Virus record (IMG/VR): IMGVR_UViG_3300033407_000062
Location: 1-38,245 of that record
Direction: 5' to 3' (one strand)
Length of the DNA stretch: 38,245 nucleotides
Origin: a virus
The notes beneath the pieces are model-generated. The model made no database searches. It was given only the letters and a program-made list of their open reading frames with translations, and was not told where the DNA came from. Both the position numbers and the translations under genes were made by a program. Below are positions 27,997 through 37,832 of this stretch, one piece after another (the first letter of the stretch is position 1; every line of letters begins with the position of its first letter).

Positions 27997-28021
27997 TAGC
28001 CCCGCCTTTATGGCGGGGCTA
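27997..28021 (+). other. 10-bp hairpin after the tail tube gene (no T-run; possible attenuator or mRNA stabiliser)
   Basis: TAGCCCCGCC-tttat-GGCGGGGCTA read directly. Confidence 0.55.
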
Positions 28022-28077
28022 TGAACCCCGCAACCCCGCCGAGCTACGGCGGGGCAAGATGCGGAGGAAAGGCAACG

Positions 28078-28560
28078 ATGGAAGAAAAGACCCTGCAAAT
28101 ATCGACGGGACTTGTCCGCCTGCCTGTTTCGGTGGATGGTGTCAATGGCCGCGTTATTGAATTTAACCCGAACGATGTCAAATTCACAGAGCGCGTTCTC
28201 GCTTTTTATCATACGGTCAAAAGCAAGACGAAGGATTGGGAAGCGCTCGATCCCGAACTAAAAAAGCGTATCGAAGAAATACCGCTGGATGAGAACGGCG
28301 TCCCTGACAACATCGACCCCGCCCGTCTAACGCTGGAGGCTATGAATACCTTCATGCGCTCGGAGTTGGATGTCATTTTCGGGGAAGGAACGTCCCGGGA
28401 GATTTTCGGGGACGCGATCTACCGCAACCCCGAGGTGTATGTACAGCTTGTCGAGGGCATCAAGCCATTCGTCGAGCCTGTCCGCGCTGAGAAGATAAAG
28501 AAATACATCGTTCCGAAGCCTCCGAGCAAGCCCCGCAAGCGTAAGGCAAAGGTGAAGTAA
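28078..28560 (+). CDS. tail assembly chaperone (A118 gp14-like position)
   Basis: GGAGGA RBS before MEEKTLQ. Acidic body with a Lys-rich C-terminus. Confidence 0.5.
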   Translation: MEEKTLQISTGLVRLPVSVDGVNGRVIEFNPNDVKFTERVLAFYHTVKSKTKDWEALDPELKKRIEEIPLDENGVPDNIDPARLTLEAMNTFMRSELDVIFGEGTSREIFGDAIYRNPEVYVQLVEGIKPFVEPVRAEKIKKYIVPKPPSKPRKRKAKVK

Positions 28561-29150
28561 TGACCTACGACAGCACAAAAGACACAAAAGAACATATTGA
28601 AAATGTCAAAAGCCTACTTCAATTAGTAGTCGGTGAAATTGTAGCGCGTGCCTTACGCCATGACGCAAGTAAGTTATTAACACCTGAAAAAGAGATATTC
28701 GACGAGTTCACGCCGAAGCTAAAAAACTCTACCTATGGAAGCGATGAGTACAAATCGTATTTGAAGGATATGGGCGTCGCTCTACAACATCACTATGAAC
28801 ACAACTCGCACCACCCAGAGCATTACAAGCTCTGGAAATGTCCAGTTTGTAACACTGTATTTCCAGAGGATGACGCACCTATTAGCGCGGTGCTGGAAGG
28901 TGATAAAAGGCTCTGCCCCAGGTGTTGCGCTGGTGGAACAATCATGGAGTGCATGCTTGAGCCTGTAATAAGTATCAACGGAATGAGCCTGCTTGACGTT
29001 ATCGAAATGCTGGCAGATTGGAAAGCCGCAGGGATGCGCCACGCGGACGGCGATATTCAAAAGTCACTTGAGATAAACAAGAAGCGGTTTGATATATCCG
29101 ACCAGATGGCGGCAATATTGGAAAACACCGTCAAGGAATTTGACTGGTAG
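28560..29150 (+). CDS. HD-related DUF5662-like protein with an inserted Zn ribbon
   Basis: RHDASKLLTPEKE...YGSDEY...ALQHHYEHNSHHPEHY pattern, with CPVC...CPRCC inserted. Confidence 0.4.
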   Translation: MTYDSTKDTKEHIENVKSLLQLVVGEIVARALRHDASKLLTPEKEIFDEFTPKLKNSTYGSDEYKSYLKDMGVALQHHYEHNSHHPEHYKLWKCPVCNTVFPEDDAPISAVLEGDKRLCPRCCAGGTIMECMLEPVISINGMSLLDVIEMLADWKAAGMRHADGDIQKSLEINKKRFDISDQMAAILENTVKEFDW

Positions 29151-29153
29151 AGC

Positions 29154-29756
29154 ATGAACCTCCTCATCGACGCCCTGCCCGTCACGGTTGATATAAACGG
29201 GACGCCTGTCCCCATCGTGACCGACTGGCGCGTCTGTCTGCGGACGATCCTGGCCTTTGAGGACCCCGACCTTGTGCCCCAGGAGCAGCAGGCGATACTC
29301 CTGCATAATCTGTATGATGAGATACCCGACGATGTCGAGGAAGCGCTCAGGCAGGCAGTCGCGTTCCTGAATTGCGGCGAAGCGAGCGAGGGCAAAGGCG
29401 GCAAGAGTCTGCGCCTTTTCAGTTTCAACAAGGACGCCAGTTTTATCTTTGCAGCCTTTCGTCAGACTCATGGCATCGACCTGGAAACCGCAGAGATGCA
29501 CTGGCATAAGTTCTTTACCCTGTTCATGGACTTGGGCGGGGATACGGCCTTCTCAAATCTTGTGTCCATGCGTAAGCGGTTGCAGACTGGCAAGGCGTCG
29601 AAGGAAGAACGACAGGCCGCCAGCGAGAACCCCGACCTGTTCGATATGCCTGATGACCTATCCACCGCAGAGCGTGAAGCGATAGACAAATTCGAGCGAT
29701 TGATCGCCGAAGGTGAAAAGAGGCGCAATGCCCAAAAAGCACAGCAAGCCAAATAA
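29154..29756 (+). CDS. phage Gp15-family protein (tail chaperone position, before the tape measure)
   Basis: The N-terminus MNLLIDALPVTVDINGTPVPIVTDWRVCLRTILAFEDPDL resembles the Gp15 family as I recall it. Confidence 0.55.
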   Translation: MNLLIDALPVTVDINGTPVPIVTDWRVCLRTILAFEDPDLVPQEQQAILLHNLYDEIPDDVEEALRQAVAFLNCGEASEGKGGKSLRLFSFNKDASFIFAAFRQTHGIDLETAEMHWHKFFTLFMDLGGDTAFSNLVSMRKRLQTGKASKEERQAASENPDLFDMPDDLSTAEREAIDKFERLIAEGEKRRNAQKAQQAK

Positions 29757-29934
29757 GCCCAAATGGGATGATAGGCTCATGCAGCAACTACTCGATGAGC
29801 CTGAGGTAGCCGAGAGCGTCGTCAAGATGACAGCCGACGAATTGGAGTTCTTCAAGCGCATGCTTTACAAACAGGGCACTTACCAGCGGTATGTACTCGA
29901 ACAGCAGAAACAGCAGATCAAGGAACTGCTATAA
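29728..29934 (+). CDS. hypothetical 68-aa protein (start MPKKHSKPNKPKW)
   Basis: AGAGG RBS. It overlaps the previous gene by 29 nt. Confidence 0.4.
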   Translation: MPKKHSKPNKPKWDDRLMQQLLDEPEVAESVVKMTADELEFFKRMLYKQGTYQRYVLEQQKQQIKELL

Positions 29935-32043
29935 ATGGCATACGATGGCAGTATAAACATTGACTCGAAGATAGACTCGAAAGGGTTTAATTCGGGCGTT
30001 AAAAGTATGCTGGCGTCGGTCGCAAAGATCGGGGTCGCCATCGCCGCCGCGTTCGCCGTAAAACTGGTAACACAATTCGGAGCCTCCGCAGTCCAGGAAG
30101 CGAGCAAGATGGCCTCCGCCCTGACAGGTCTGCAATCCATCGTGGAAGGTACGGGCAACAGTTTCAGGGGAGCGCAGGATTTCATTGAGACATTCGTCGC
30201 CGATGGCCTTGTACCCGCTCAGAACGCGATCACTGCCTATAAAAACCTACTCCTGCGCGGATACGATACCTCGCAGATCGAAAAGACGCTCGCGGCGCTG
30301 AAGGATAGCGCGGCATTTGGCCGACAGGGTTCCTTGACGTTGGGGCAGGCGGTAGAGTCTGCGACCGAAGGTCTAAAGAACGAGAACAGCATACTGGTCG
30401 ATAATGCAGGCGTCACAAAAAACGTCTCAGTCATCTGGAAGGAATACGCCGACTCAATCGGCACGACAGTCGCCGCCCTGACGAAGCAGCAAAAGATACA
30501 AGCCGAAGTCGAGGGTATCATGCGCGAGACGCGCTTCCAGACGGGTGACGCCGCGAAGCTGGCAGGTACTTACGCGGGGCAGGTGTCCGCGCTCGGCGTG
30601 TCATTCCTGAATCTAAAGATCGCCGTCGGCAATGCGATCATCCCCTTCATTCAAAAGATACTGCCCTACATTCGCGCCGCAATCGACGCCCTGACGAGAT
30701 TCTTTAATCGGCTGGCCACTATTATCGGCATCCTGTTCGGTGTATCCATCACCGCGCAGGCGGAAGAAACCGCCGCCGCCGTGGGCGGGACTGCCGACGC
30801 CGCCAACGAAGCCGCCGACGCGCAGGGCAACCTCGCAGATAAGACCACAAAGGCAGGCAAGGCCGCCAAAGGTGCGCTCGCATCCTTCGACCAGTTGAAC
30901 GTATTACAACAGGACACAGGCGGCGCGGGCGCAGCAGGCGCGGGCGCGGGAGCAGACATCCCAGGCGCGGGCGGCGGGCTTGATCTCGGCGGGCTGGATA
31001 CTGGCACATTCGAGGATGACCTGTCAGACCTGCGCGAAAAAGTCCTAAAATGGAAGCAAGATTTTATAACCTTTTTCAAACCCGTTACCGAAGCTTTTGA
31101 CCGCCTGGTCGTATCGCTTGCGCCGCTGGGTCAAACGATATGGTCGGGTTTACAGTGGGCCTGGGAGAACATCTTAAAGCCGCTGGGTGAGTGGGCGGCT
31201 CAAAGCCTCGTGCCTGCTGTATTCGACCTGATCGGCGCGGCGGTCATCATTCTGAATGATGCGCTCGTCGGCTTGCAGCCGTTGGGTCAATGGCTGTGGG
31301 AGAACTTCCTGCAACCGTTGGGCGAATGGACGGGCGAAACACTCGTCAAAGCCATTCAGCAGATCACGGAGTGGCTGCAAGAGTTGCATGTTTGGATCGG
31401 TGAGAATGACACGGCGTGGCAGGCGATCCTGGCCGTGCTGGCCGCCGTGGGTATCGCGCTGTTTATACTTACGCTCCCCATCACAGGCACAACGCTCGCC
31501 ATCGCCGCGCTGGTCGCAGGTATTATTATTCTGATCGCATACTTCGATGAAATTGACGCGAAGTTTATGGAGATCACAGAAAGTATCAATAATGCTGGCG
31601 AAAAGATGCGTCTTTCTTTGAAGGGTGTTTTTGAGGGTATCTATGACGCCGCAAAGAACGCGATCAACGGTGTTATCGACGCCATCAACCGCGCTCTTTC
31701 GGGCGTAACGTCCGCGATCAATACATTCTCGCAGATCGGCGCGTATGTCGGACTGAATATCCCGCAGGCAGTCGCTCCGCAGATCCCGCACCTTGCGACG
31801 GGCGCGGTCATCCCTCCCAACGCTCAATTTGCCGCGATCCTTGGCGACCAGACCAGCGGGCGCAATATCGAAGCGCCTGAGAAGCTGATCCGCCAGATCA
31901 TCCAGGAGGAGATCGGCAACGTAAAGGCCGACATCAATATTAACTTTGACGGCTCGATGGGTGAACTCGTGCGCCTGCTCAAACCGCGCATCGACCGCGA
32001 GAACGTCCGCATCGGTAAGAGTTTAGCGAAAGGGACAGCATGA
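29935..32043 (+). CDS. tail tape measure protein
   Basis: 702 aa with a TP901-type core (..AITAYKNLLLRGYD...NSILVDNAGVTKN..), Ala/Gly-rich and TM-like segments. Confidence 0.85.
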   Translation: MAYDGSINIDSKIDSKGFNSGVKSMLASVAKIGVAIAAAFAVKLVTQFGASAVQEASKMASALTGLQSIVEGTGNSFRGAQDFIETFVADGLVPAQNAITAYKNLLLRGYDTSQIEKTLAALKDSAAFGRQGSLTLGQAVESATEGLKNENSILVDNAGVTKNVSVIWKEYADSIGTTVAALTKQQKIQAEVEGIMRETRFQTGDAAKLAGTYAGQVSALGVSFLNLKIAVGNAIIPFIQKILPYIRAAIDALTRFFNRLATIIGILFGVSITAQAEETAAAVGGTADAANEAADAQGNLADKTTKAGKAAKGALASFDQLNVLQQDTGGAGAAGAGAGADIPGAGGGLDLGGLDTGTFEDDLSDLREKVLKWKQDFITFFKPVTEAFDRLVVSLAPLGQTIWSGLQWAWENILKPLGEWAAQSLVPAVFDLIGAAVIILNDALVGLQPLGQWLWENFLQPLGEWTGETLVKAIQQITEWLQELHVWIGENDTAWQAILAVLAAVGIALFILTLPITGTTLAIAALVAGIIILIAYFDEIDAKFMEITESINNAGEKMRLSLKGVFEGIYDAAKNAINGVIDAINRALSGVTSAINTFSQIGAYVGLNIPQAVAPQIPHLATGAVIPPNAQFAAILGDQTSGRNIEAPEKLIRQIIQEEIGNVKADININFDGSMGELVRLLKPRIDRENVRIGKSLAKGTA

Positions 32044-32423
32044 GCATAACCATCGACTCGACTACCTATGACGTGCCCATCGTATCCATATCCCGCAAAG
32101 CCGACTCGTTGGACAAAGGCGCTGAGCGGACACAGGACGGCGTTTTACACCGCGAGTTGATCGGCATTTATTTTAACTATGACCTAGTGATGGGCATGAG
32201 CGCGAACAATGTCGCAGACTACGCCGCGCTATTCCTAAAATTGACGGAGCCGACTGAGTATCACACGGTCGTTATTCCTGGCGCGCCCGCTGGGTATGAG
32301 ACTGTGCAGATATATTTTGGAAGCATCCGAGACGAAATGATGCGTTATCAACTCAACGGCGTGGACTATTTCAAGAGTCTGTCCTTCTCCATCATCGCGC
32401 GGGCCCCGTCCAGGACGCCATAA
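32040..32423 (+). CDS. small distal-tail-like protein
   Basis: Coupled ORF immediately after the tape measure gene. Confidence 0.45.
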   Translation: MSITIDSTTYDVPIVSISRKADSLDKGAERTQDGVLHRELIGIYFNYDLVMGMSANNVADYAALFLKLTEPTEYHTVVIPGAPAGYETVQIYFGSIRDEMMRYQLNGVDYFKSLSFSIIARAPSRTP

Positions 32424-34136
32424 ATGGCCAAGACCAACCTGACCATCCTGTTCGGGCGTAACGCGCTAAACATCGCCGCCGATGTGACCGTCACACTCAA
32501 CGCGGGAGGGGAGCAGCCGCTCGCGCTTGCCTCCGACTTACAGAACCAGAACAGCGAAAAGGCATATGCGACCTATGAGCCTGACTACTGGCTTTTGGAT
32601 GGCAGCTATAAGTTCATTGCAGAGTCGGCCTCGGTTGGGTATATCTCCACTGAGCAAAGCGGAGCGGCGGGAGCATTTACAACCGCTCCCGTATTGCAGT
32701 TTGATTTCGGCGAGGTCTACTCCACGGACGGCTTAACGCTCCACTTCTCGGAATTGACGGGCGATTGGGCGGATGATATTGACGTGGCATTTTACGATTC
32801 TGGCTTGTCCCTTATCCAAACGAACAACTACACCCCGGCCAGCGCGCTGTTTTCAACGGGGCAGGCGATAGACGACTTCCAGCGCATCATTATTACATTC
32901 AACTCAACGAATAAACCCTACCGCTTCGCCCGCCTTTTTAATATCGATTTCGACAATGTCACCCGTTGGAGCGGTGGGAATATCAAAAACGGCAAGCTGA
33001 TCGAAGAGGTCGATCCGCTGTCATTGCGAATGACATCCAATCAATTGGAGTTTTCCCTGTTCTCGGATGACGGGGACTTCTCGATCACCAACCCACAAAG
33101 CGAGTACGCCAGCCTCCAGGAAAACGAACCCATCGAGGCGTATGAGCAGATCGGGGATGAGGATATATTCCTGGGGCGCTTCTACCTGGATGAATGGGAG
33201 AGTGTGTCGGAGAACGAAGCGCAATTTACGGCGTTGGATGGGTTTGCATTACTCGATAAGATACCGCACTACAACCCATTTTATTCGGTGTACAGTATAG
33301 ATTACTCGGAAGATATTCTAGATCATATCTTTGCGACGGCAGGCCTGATCTACGAAATGGAAGCGTCTTTGGAGGGGATTGACGTTACAAGTTCTGCATC
33401 CGTGCCTATCATGTCATGCAGAGAAGCGCTGCAAAACGTCCTTGTCTATATTGGCGGCGTGGCAAGTTGTGCAAGGTCGAGAGTGGTCAATATAACGCCA
33501 TTGGTGCTGGCGTCTGATCTGGCCAGTGTGTTCGATTTGACGCTGACAGCCAGCGAAAAAGGACATTTGTCATCTGTAAAGCTAAAAAAGGCAGTGACAT
33601 CCGTTACAGTGCTGTCCCACGCATTTATAGAATATACGCAGAGCGCCACGGTGTACTCAAAGTCATTGGCAATCGGTGAGTATCTGATTACATGGGATCA
33701 TTTCGCTCTCGTGTCCTTCAGCGGAACATCGACCCGCACGATCATTGAGCATGGACCTGACTACGTGAAGGTAAACATAACCGGTGCCGGGACTTTCACC
33801 GTCACCGAGGCTTACAACTACAAAGACCAGAGACTGCCAGAGACTCTAGAGAATGGCACCTTATCAGCCTCCACGCCACGATACGAAATACACGTTGACG
33901 ATGCGCTGATGGTTGACTCCACCGTTGTGGGAGACGTCACACAACGAATATATGATTATTATCTGCAGAGATATATACAAAAAACAAAGCTATTCGGATT
34001 GACCGTAAAAGCCGGCGATACGGTACTGATAGACACGCAATCAAGTCAACAAATAAAGGGTATCGTAGAGCGCGCAGAATTTAATTTGACTGGCGGGTTT
34101 GTGTCAGAAATTGAAATTGTCGGAGTGATCGCATGA
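32424..34136 (+). CDS. baseplate/tail-tip structural protein
   Basis: 570-aa ORF in the Tal position. Confidence 0.5.
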   Translation: MAKTNLTILFGRNALNIAADVTVTLNAGGEQPLALASDLQNQNSEKAYATYEPDYWLLDGSYKFIAESASVGYISTEQSGAAGAFTTAPVLQFDFGEVYSTDGLTLHFSELTGDWADDIDVAFYDSGLSLIQTNNYTPASALFSTGQAIDDFQRIIITFNSTNKPYRFARLFNIDFDNVTRWSGGNIKNGKLIEEVDPLSLRMTSNQLEFSLFSDDGDFSITNPQSEYASLQENEPIEAYEQIGDEDIFLGRFYLDEWESVSENEAQFTALDGFALLDKIPHYNPFYSVYSIDYSEDILDHIFATAGLIYEMEASLEGIDVTSSASVPIMSCREALQNVLVYIGGVASCARSRVVNITPLVLASDLASVFDLTLTASEKGHLSSVKLKKAVTSVTVLSHAFIEYTQSATVYSKSLAIGEYLITWDHFALVSFSGTSTRTIIEHGPDYVKVNITGAGTFTVTEAYNYKDQRLPETLENGTLSASTPRYEIHVDDALMVDSTVVGDVTQRIYDYYLQRYIQKTKLFGLTVKAGDTVLIDTQSSQQIKGIVERAEFNLTGGFVSEIEIVGVIA

Positions 34137-34561
34137 AAAAGATCGCGTTTCTTCTATTGGCTGCATATATTCTGCTTCCCATACCTCTTGGGAATGTAAG
34201 CGGGGTATATAACACGGTCACAGGCATAATGTGGTGTAGAACCGATGCAGATTGCAGACACGAGATTGCCCATTACATAGACGATACAAATGGGTGGACA
34301 AGCGAAACGGTTGAGTACAGGGATGCGCTTACGACATATTTGTTGGTAGAGCTTAAGGTTGACACACGGCCTGGCGATCCGCTGGCGGTTGATATAGTGA
34401 AGATGACTGGAAAACCGGTCAAGGAAATTTACGCAGATATATATGCCATGACCAATGGAGAACCGCCGCCATCCCTGCGAGAGTTCTATGAATGCAGGTA
34501 TAACATAAAGAAAATAAAGATAGCAGATGGATATATTTTATGGCATACACAACGCCCGTAA
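34133..34561 (+). CDS. small secreted or membrane-anchored protein with an HExxH motif
   Basis: Signal-like MKKIAFLLLAAYILLPIPLG and CRHEIAHY. Confidence 0.4.
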   Translation: MKKIAFLLLAAYILLPIPLGNVSGVYNTVTGIMWCRTDADCRHEIAHYIDDTNGWTSETVEYRDALTTYLLVELKVDTRPGDPLAVDIVKMTGKPVKEIYADIYAMTNGEPPPSLREFYECRYNIKKIKIADGYILWHTQRP

Positions 34562-35064
34562 CTGACCGCGCACAAAGCGACATCGACACCCCTACCAGCA
34601 AGGGATATTTCAACGTCTCAGACTGGCCGCGCATCCATGACAACGCAAAGGTTGTGACCGCATTGGCGGAGATCGAGACGGGCACGCCGATCCCGTTCAC
34701 AACACAGGCCGCCCCGACCGTTACGACCATTCCCAACGTCGCCAACTTCAACACCCTGCTGACAAGCATCGAGGCGATGAGGCTGGCGGTTCTGGCTGAC
34801 ATCCCATCCCTGGCAACCAGCATCAAAGACGATTGGGGGGAGGGCGTCGGCGTCCCTGTATTTAATTTTGAGGATGTGAACCTATGGGAGCAAACACTGG
34901 ACGCGGCATGGGTATATTATGACGGCGCAAGTCTCGAAGTCTGCCCGACCCTGACCGCCGACCTGACGATCCTGACGGGCACTTATGCGGTTTATGTCGA
35001 CTGTATTGACATGGGTATCTATAATGTAGATATTCAAGGAACTGGAATTCTGTATATTATCTAG
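34540..35064 (+). CDS. tail fibre-associated structural protein
   Basis: The N-terminal pattern T..T.RA..D......KGYFNVSDW.RI..N is common in fibre or upper-baseplate proteins, as I recall. Confidence 0.45.
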   Translation: MAYTTPVTDRAQSDIDTPTSKGYFNVSDWPRIHDNAKVVTALAEIETGTPIPFTTQAAPTVTTIPNVANFNTLLTSIEAMRLAVLADIPSLATSIKDDWGEGVGVPVFNFEDVNLWEQTLDAAWVYYDGASLEVCPTLTADLTILTGTYAVYVDCIDMGIYNVDIQGTGILYII

Positions 35065-35072
35065 GAGCTATT

Positions 35073-36059
35073 ATGTCTGAATTAATTATGACCGAAGAGG
35101 CGGGCACGCCGTCAACACCAGGCAGCAGTAAATGGAAGTTATATCCTAAATCGGATGGATGGTATGCGCTGGATGATGCTGGCTTGGAAATAGGCCCTTT
35201 GGCAGTTGGGGGATCGTCCGACCCAGCAGTAGGCACGATGTCAAATGGCAAACTCTCGGTCACGGTTGTTTCTAATGACCTGATAGTCGCACTCAAGACG
35301 CTGGCTGGCGCAGACCCATCAGCAGGCGACCCCGTACTGGCGAATATCAATGGAGTGATTTACAGCATCGAAGCAGCGTTGAACCAATTCATCCCATCTG
35401 GGATGAATTGGTTCAACGCTGGCGCGGCTGAGACGGCGACTTTGCTCGTGCCGTATTTTGTGTATCTCGTTGACGACAGCGGCACACCCGCTTTGACCGT
35501 TGCCCGCAAATCTCATTATCGAGTAGTGGCGAGCGACATGTCCACAACAACGAGCGACACACATATCTACGGTTACAGCGGCTTTACCGATGGCGACGAG
35601 ATGATGAACATCGGTTATTTTGAAGCCACGTTGTCAGCGGGTGCGGGGTACACGTGGACAGTGCCGACGTTCACATCCGATAACCTGAGACATCAGCCGA
35701 CACATTCAAGCAGGTGGATGACATGGACGCCCGTTATCACTGGATATTCAGCTAATCCAACAGGAGAGGCTTACTTATACAGGGTGTACGGCGAATCTCA
35801 ATATGAGGTTGATATGCTGGAAGATACCCCGGGCACAAGCAACCTGACAACCAAAACCTATACACTACCGTTTATAGCGACGGCGAAAACCTACATCATC
35901 TTGGCGTCTCCACAAGACAACGGAACACAAAAGGCAGCTGGATTGTTACGGTGTAATTCAGGCTTAAATACGGCCGATGCTTTTCTTTCGGCTTTTGGGG
36001 GCTGGACAAACACAGGGAATGCTAGAATTTTGAGGGCAAAAGGGTTTATCAGGATGTAG
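35073..36059 (+). CDS. tail fibre / receptor-binding protein candidate
   Basis: 328-aa ORF with AGGAG RBS, the last structural gene before the lysis genes. Confidence 0.45.
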   Translation: MSELIMTEEAGTPSTPGSSKWKLYPKSDGWYALDDAGLEIGPLAVGGSSDPAVGTMSNGKLSVTVVSNDLIVALKTLAGADPSAGDPVLANINGVIYSIEAALNQFIPSGMNWFNAGAAETATLLVPYFVYLVDDSGTPALTVARKSHYRVVASDMSTTTSDTHIYGYSGFTDGDEMMNIGYFEATLSAGAGYTWTVPTFTSDNLRHQPTHSSRWMTWTPVITGYSANPTGEAYLYRVYGESQYEVDMLEDTPGTSNLTTKTYTLPFIATAKTYIILASPQDNGTQKAAGLLRCNSGLNTADAFLSAFGGWTNTGNARILRAKGFIRM

Positions 36060-36068
36060 GAGTTTGAA

Positions 36069-36977
36069 ATGTTGATAAAAAATAACGATATTGAAATGCT
36101 CGGTCAGAAGGGCATGACCGCAGGAAATAAATGGGGCGACCTGACCGCGTGGCGCAGGGCGGGGTCATTGCCCTTTTCGCGTATGTCCATCCAGCCGTCC
36201 ATCGTTGTCGAGGATGATGTCATCCTGAACGATGTCTCGTTTTGGAATGGCAATATGAACTTCAGCACGATGGCGAGCGCAGGCTCACGCGGTTGTATCA
36301 TCCGCGCGGGACAGAATACATGGCCTGATACCAAGTTCGAGGAAAACTACGGCAAGGCGCAGGGTGTGATTCCACGAGGTAGTTATTTTTATTACGACAG
36401 CCGAGCGAACCCGAAGACACAGGCGGCATTGTGGGCTTCGATGCTATCCAATGATTTCGGAGAACTCGACCACGCGGCTGATTATGAAGAACAATATGGC
36501 GGAACGTATGCGGGTTGGGTGAACCTGTACATCTTCATGAACGAATTCCAGCAGATGACGGGCTTGCCTGATGACCGCCTGCCGTTGTACACAGGTTACT
36601 ACTATTGGCTGTCCAGCGGAAAAGCTCCCATCGGCAATGAGCAGAGCATGGCATGGTTCAAGAAACATCGCTTATGGATAGCGTGGTACACAACCAACCC
36701 GTCCTACGTCAAAATACCGCAACCTTGGGATGCAGAAACGCTACTCCGCTGGCAGAACGGTGTCAGTCCTGAGGGCAATAAGTACGGTTCGAGCGGCGAG
36801 AACATTGACGTGAACAAGCATGTGCATGGTGATGCGGATTATGTCTCGTTCTATGACCTTGGAGGTACAACTCCTCCCCCGCCTGATGGTTTACAGCCCT
36901 ATACGACCAACGTGACCGTGACACAGACTGGCTACTATGACGCACAAGCCAGTGTGGAAATGAAACCACTACCATGA
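36069..36977 (+). CDS. endolysin, GH25 muramidase domain with C-terminal extension
   Basis: NDVSFWNGNMNF...GCIIRAGQN matches the GH25 DVSxWQG...IIKAT pattern. AGGAG RBS. Confidence 0.7.
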   Translation: MLIKNNDIEMLGQKGMTAGNKWGDLTAWRRAGSLPFSRMSIQPSIVVEDDVILNDVSFWNGNMNFSTMASAGSRGCIIRAGQNTWPDTKFEENYGKAQGVIPRGSYFYYDSRANPKTQAALWASMLSNDFGELDHAADYEEQYGGTYAGWVNLYIFMNEFQQMTGLPDDRLPLYTGYYYWLSSGKAPIGNEQSMAWFKKHRLWIAWYTTNPSYVKIPQPWDAETLLRWQNGVSPEGNKYGSSGENIDVNKHVHGDADYVSFYDLGGTTPPPPDGLQPYTTNVTVTQTGYYDAQASVEMKPLP

Positions 36978-37777
36978 CCGAAAAGTGGGTTGTTGTAGAC
37001 GTTGGCGATGGCGGGAAGCCTGGATCCATCTCCGTGAACTTTCACGAGGATACGACTCCCGCACCGCCTGAACCTCCGCCGCCATCCAGCGAGGTGTTTT
37101 ATCGCCAGTTGCATGACTATGAGTTGGGCGTGCGCGGCGTGAACATCTCTGGCACGCAGTACGGCGAGGAGGTGTGGTATTGGCGGGCGCAGCATGGGCA
37201 CCCCGAGGTGTTTCATATTGACGGCGGCTCACGGACACCGTTTACAAGGCCGTGGCAATTGCTGGCCTTCGCGCTGTCACAACCGCAATTGACGGCGAAG
37301 AAATTCCGCGTTGTTTATGATGACAAACGCGCGTTCAATAACAACACGGGGTTTTGGTCGAAGATACCGCCTGCGTATCCCGACCCGCATCGCGCTGATT
37401 TCGTGAACAACATTGACCTGAGCGGCGAGATGCCTTCATTGGACAAGATACGCAATGGCGGCGGGCATACGATGAAGGGAACTGTTATTGGTAATTGGTT
37501 CTATCCCGAGTTTTTGGAGTATGACCCCAATGCGCCGAACGATGGCGCTCCGACAGTGGCATGGCTGAAAGAACGCCCGTGGCTGTATTTCCATGCGGTG
37601 ACGTGCCACAAACAGGAGGATGATGGTTCTCCACGAATTTATCCGTTCGGCCAGGGCGGCGGCGAGCCTGTGCTGGTCCCGTTCGTGGCGAAAAAGGGCG
37701 CGATGTTGCGGATACCGCTCGTGACGTTGGAGCGGGTTGATAAGATCGCCGACCCGTACAAGATTTATATAACCTAA
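36974..37777 (+). CDS. hypothetical 267-aa protein translationally coupled to the endolysin
   Basis: ATGA overlap. Pro-rich linker PAPPEPPPPS after a short N-terminal segment. Confidence 0.55.
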   Translation: MTEKWVVVDVGDGGKPGSISVNFHEDTTPAPPEPPPPSSEVFYRQLHDYELGVRGVNISGTQYGEEVWYWRAQHGHPEVFHIDGGSRTPFTRPWQLLAFALSQPQLTAKKFRVVYDDKRAFNNNTGFWSKIPPAYPDPHRADFVNNIDLSGEMPSLDKIRNGGGHTMKGTVIGNWFYPEFLEYDPNAPNDGAPTVAWLKERPWLYFHAVTCHKQEDDGSPRIYPFGQGGGEPVLVPFVAKKGAMLRIPLVTLERVDKIADPYKIYIT

Positions 37778-37787
37778 GGAGAATACT

Positions 37788-37832
37788 ATGAGTTTACATG
37801 ATGAGGCTGTTGACGTTTGGGATCGCCCATAG
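37788..37832 (+). CDS. 14-codon upstream ORF with an ideal SD, terminating as TAGATG on the holin-like start
   Basis: AAGGAG at 37776-37781, 6-nt spacer, ATG 37788. The TAG at 37830-37832 abuts ATG 37833. Confidence 0.3.
   Translation: MSLHDEAVDVWDRP

Noticed and set aside
29713-29756. Programmed +1 frameshift on CAA AAA G joining the Gp15-like ORF to the 68-aa ORF, analogous to gpG/gpT
   Set aside because: The downstream ORF has its own ATG and AGAGG RBS. The required shift is +1 rather than the usual -1, and there is no canonical slippery heptamer.
30666-31827. Long minus-strand ORFs (137 aa, 86 aa, 217 aa) inside the tape measure gene
   Set aside because: They are Ala/Pro/Arg-rich shadows of GC-rich, Ala/Gly-rich coding sequence.
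37830-37832. TAG recoding or read-through that would fuse the 14-codon uORF to the holin-like ORF
   Set aside because: TAG is used as an ordinary stop by well-supported genes here, for example the portal gene at 16787-16789 and the capsid gene at 24961-24963.
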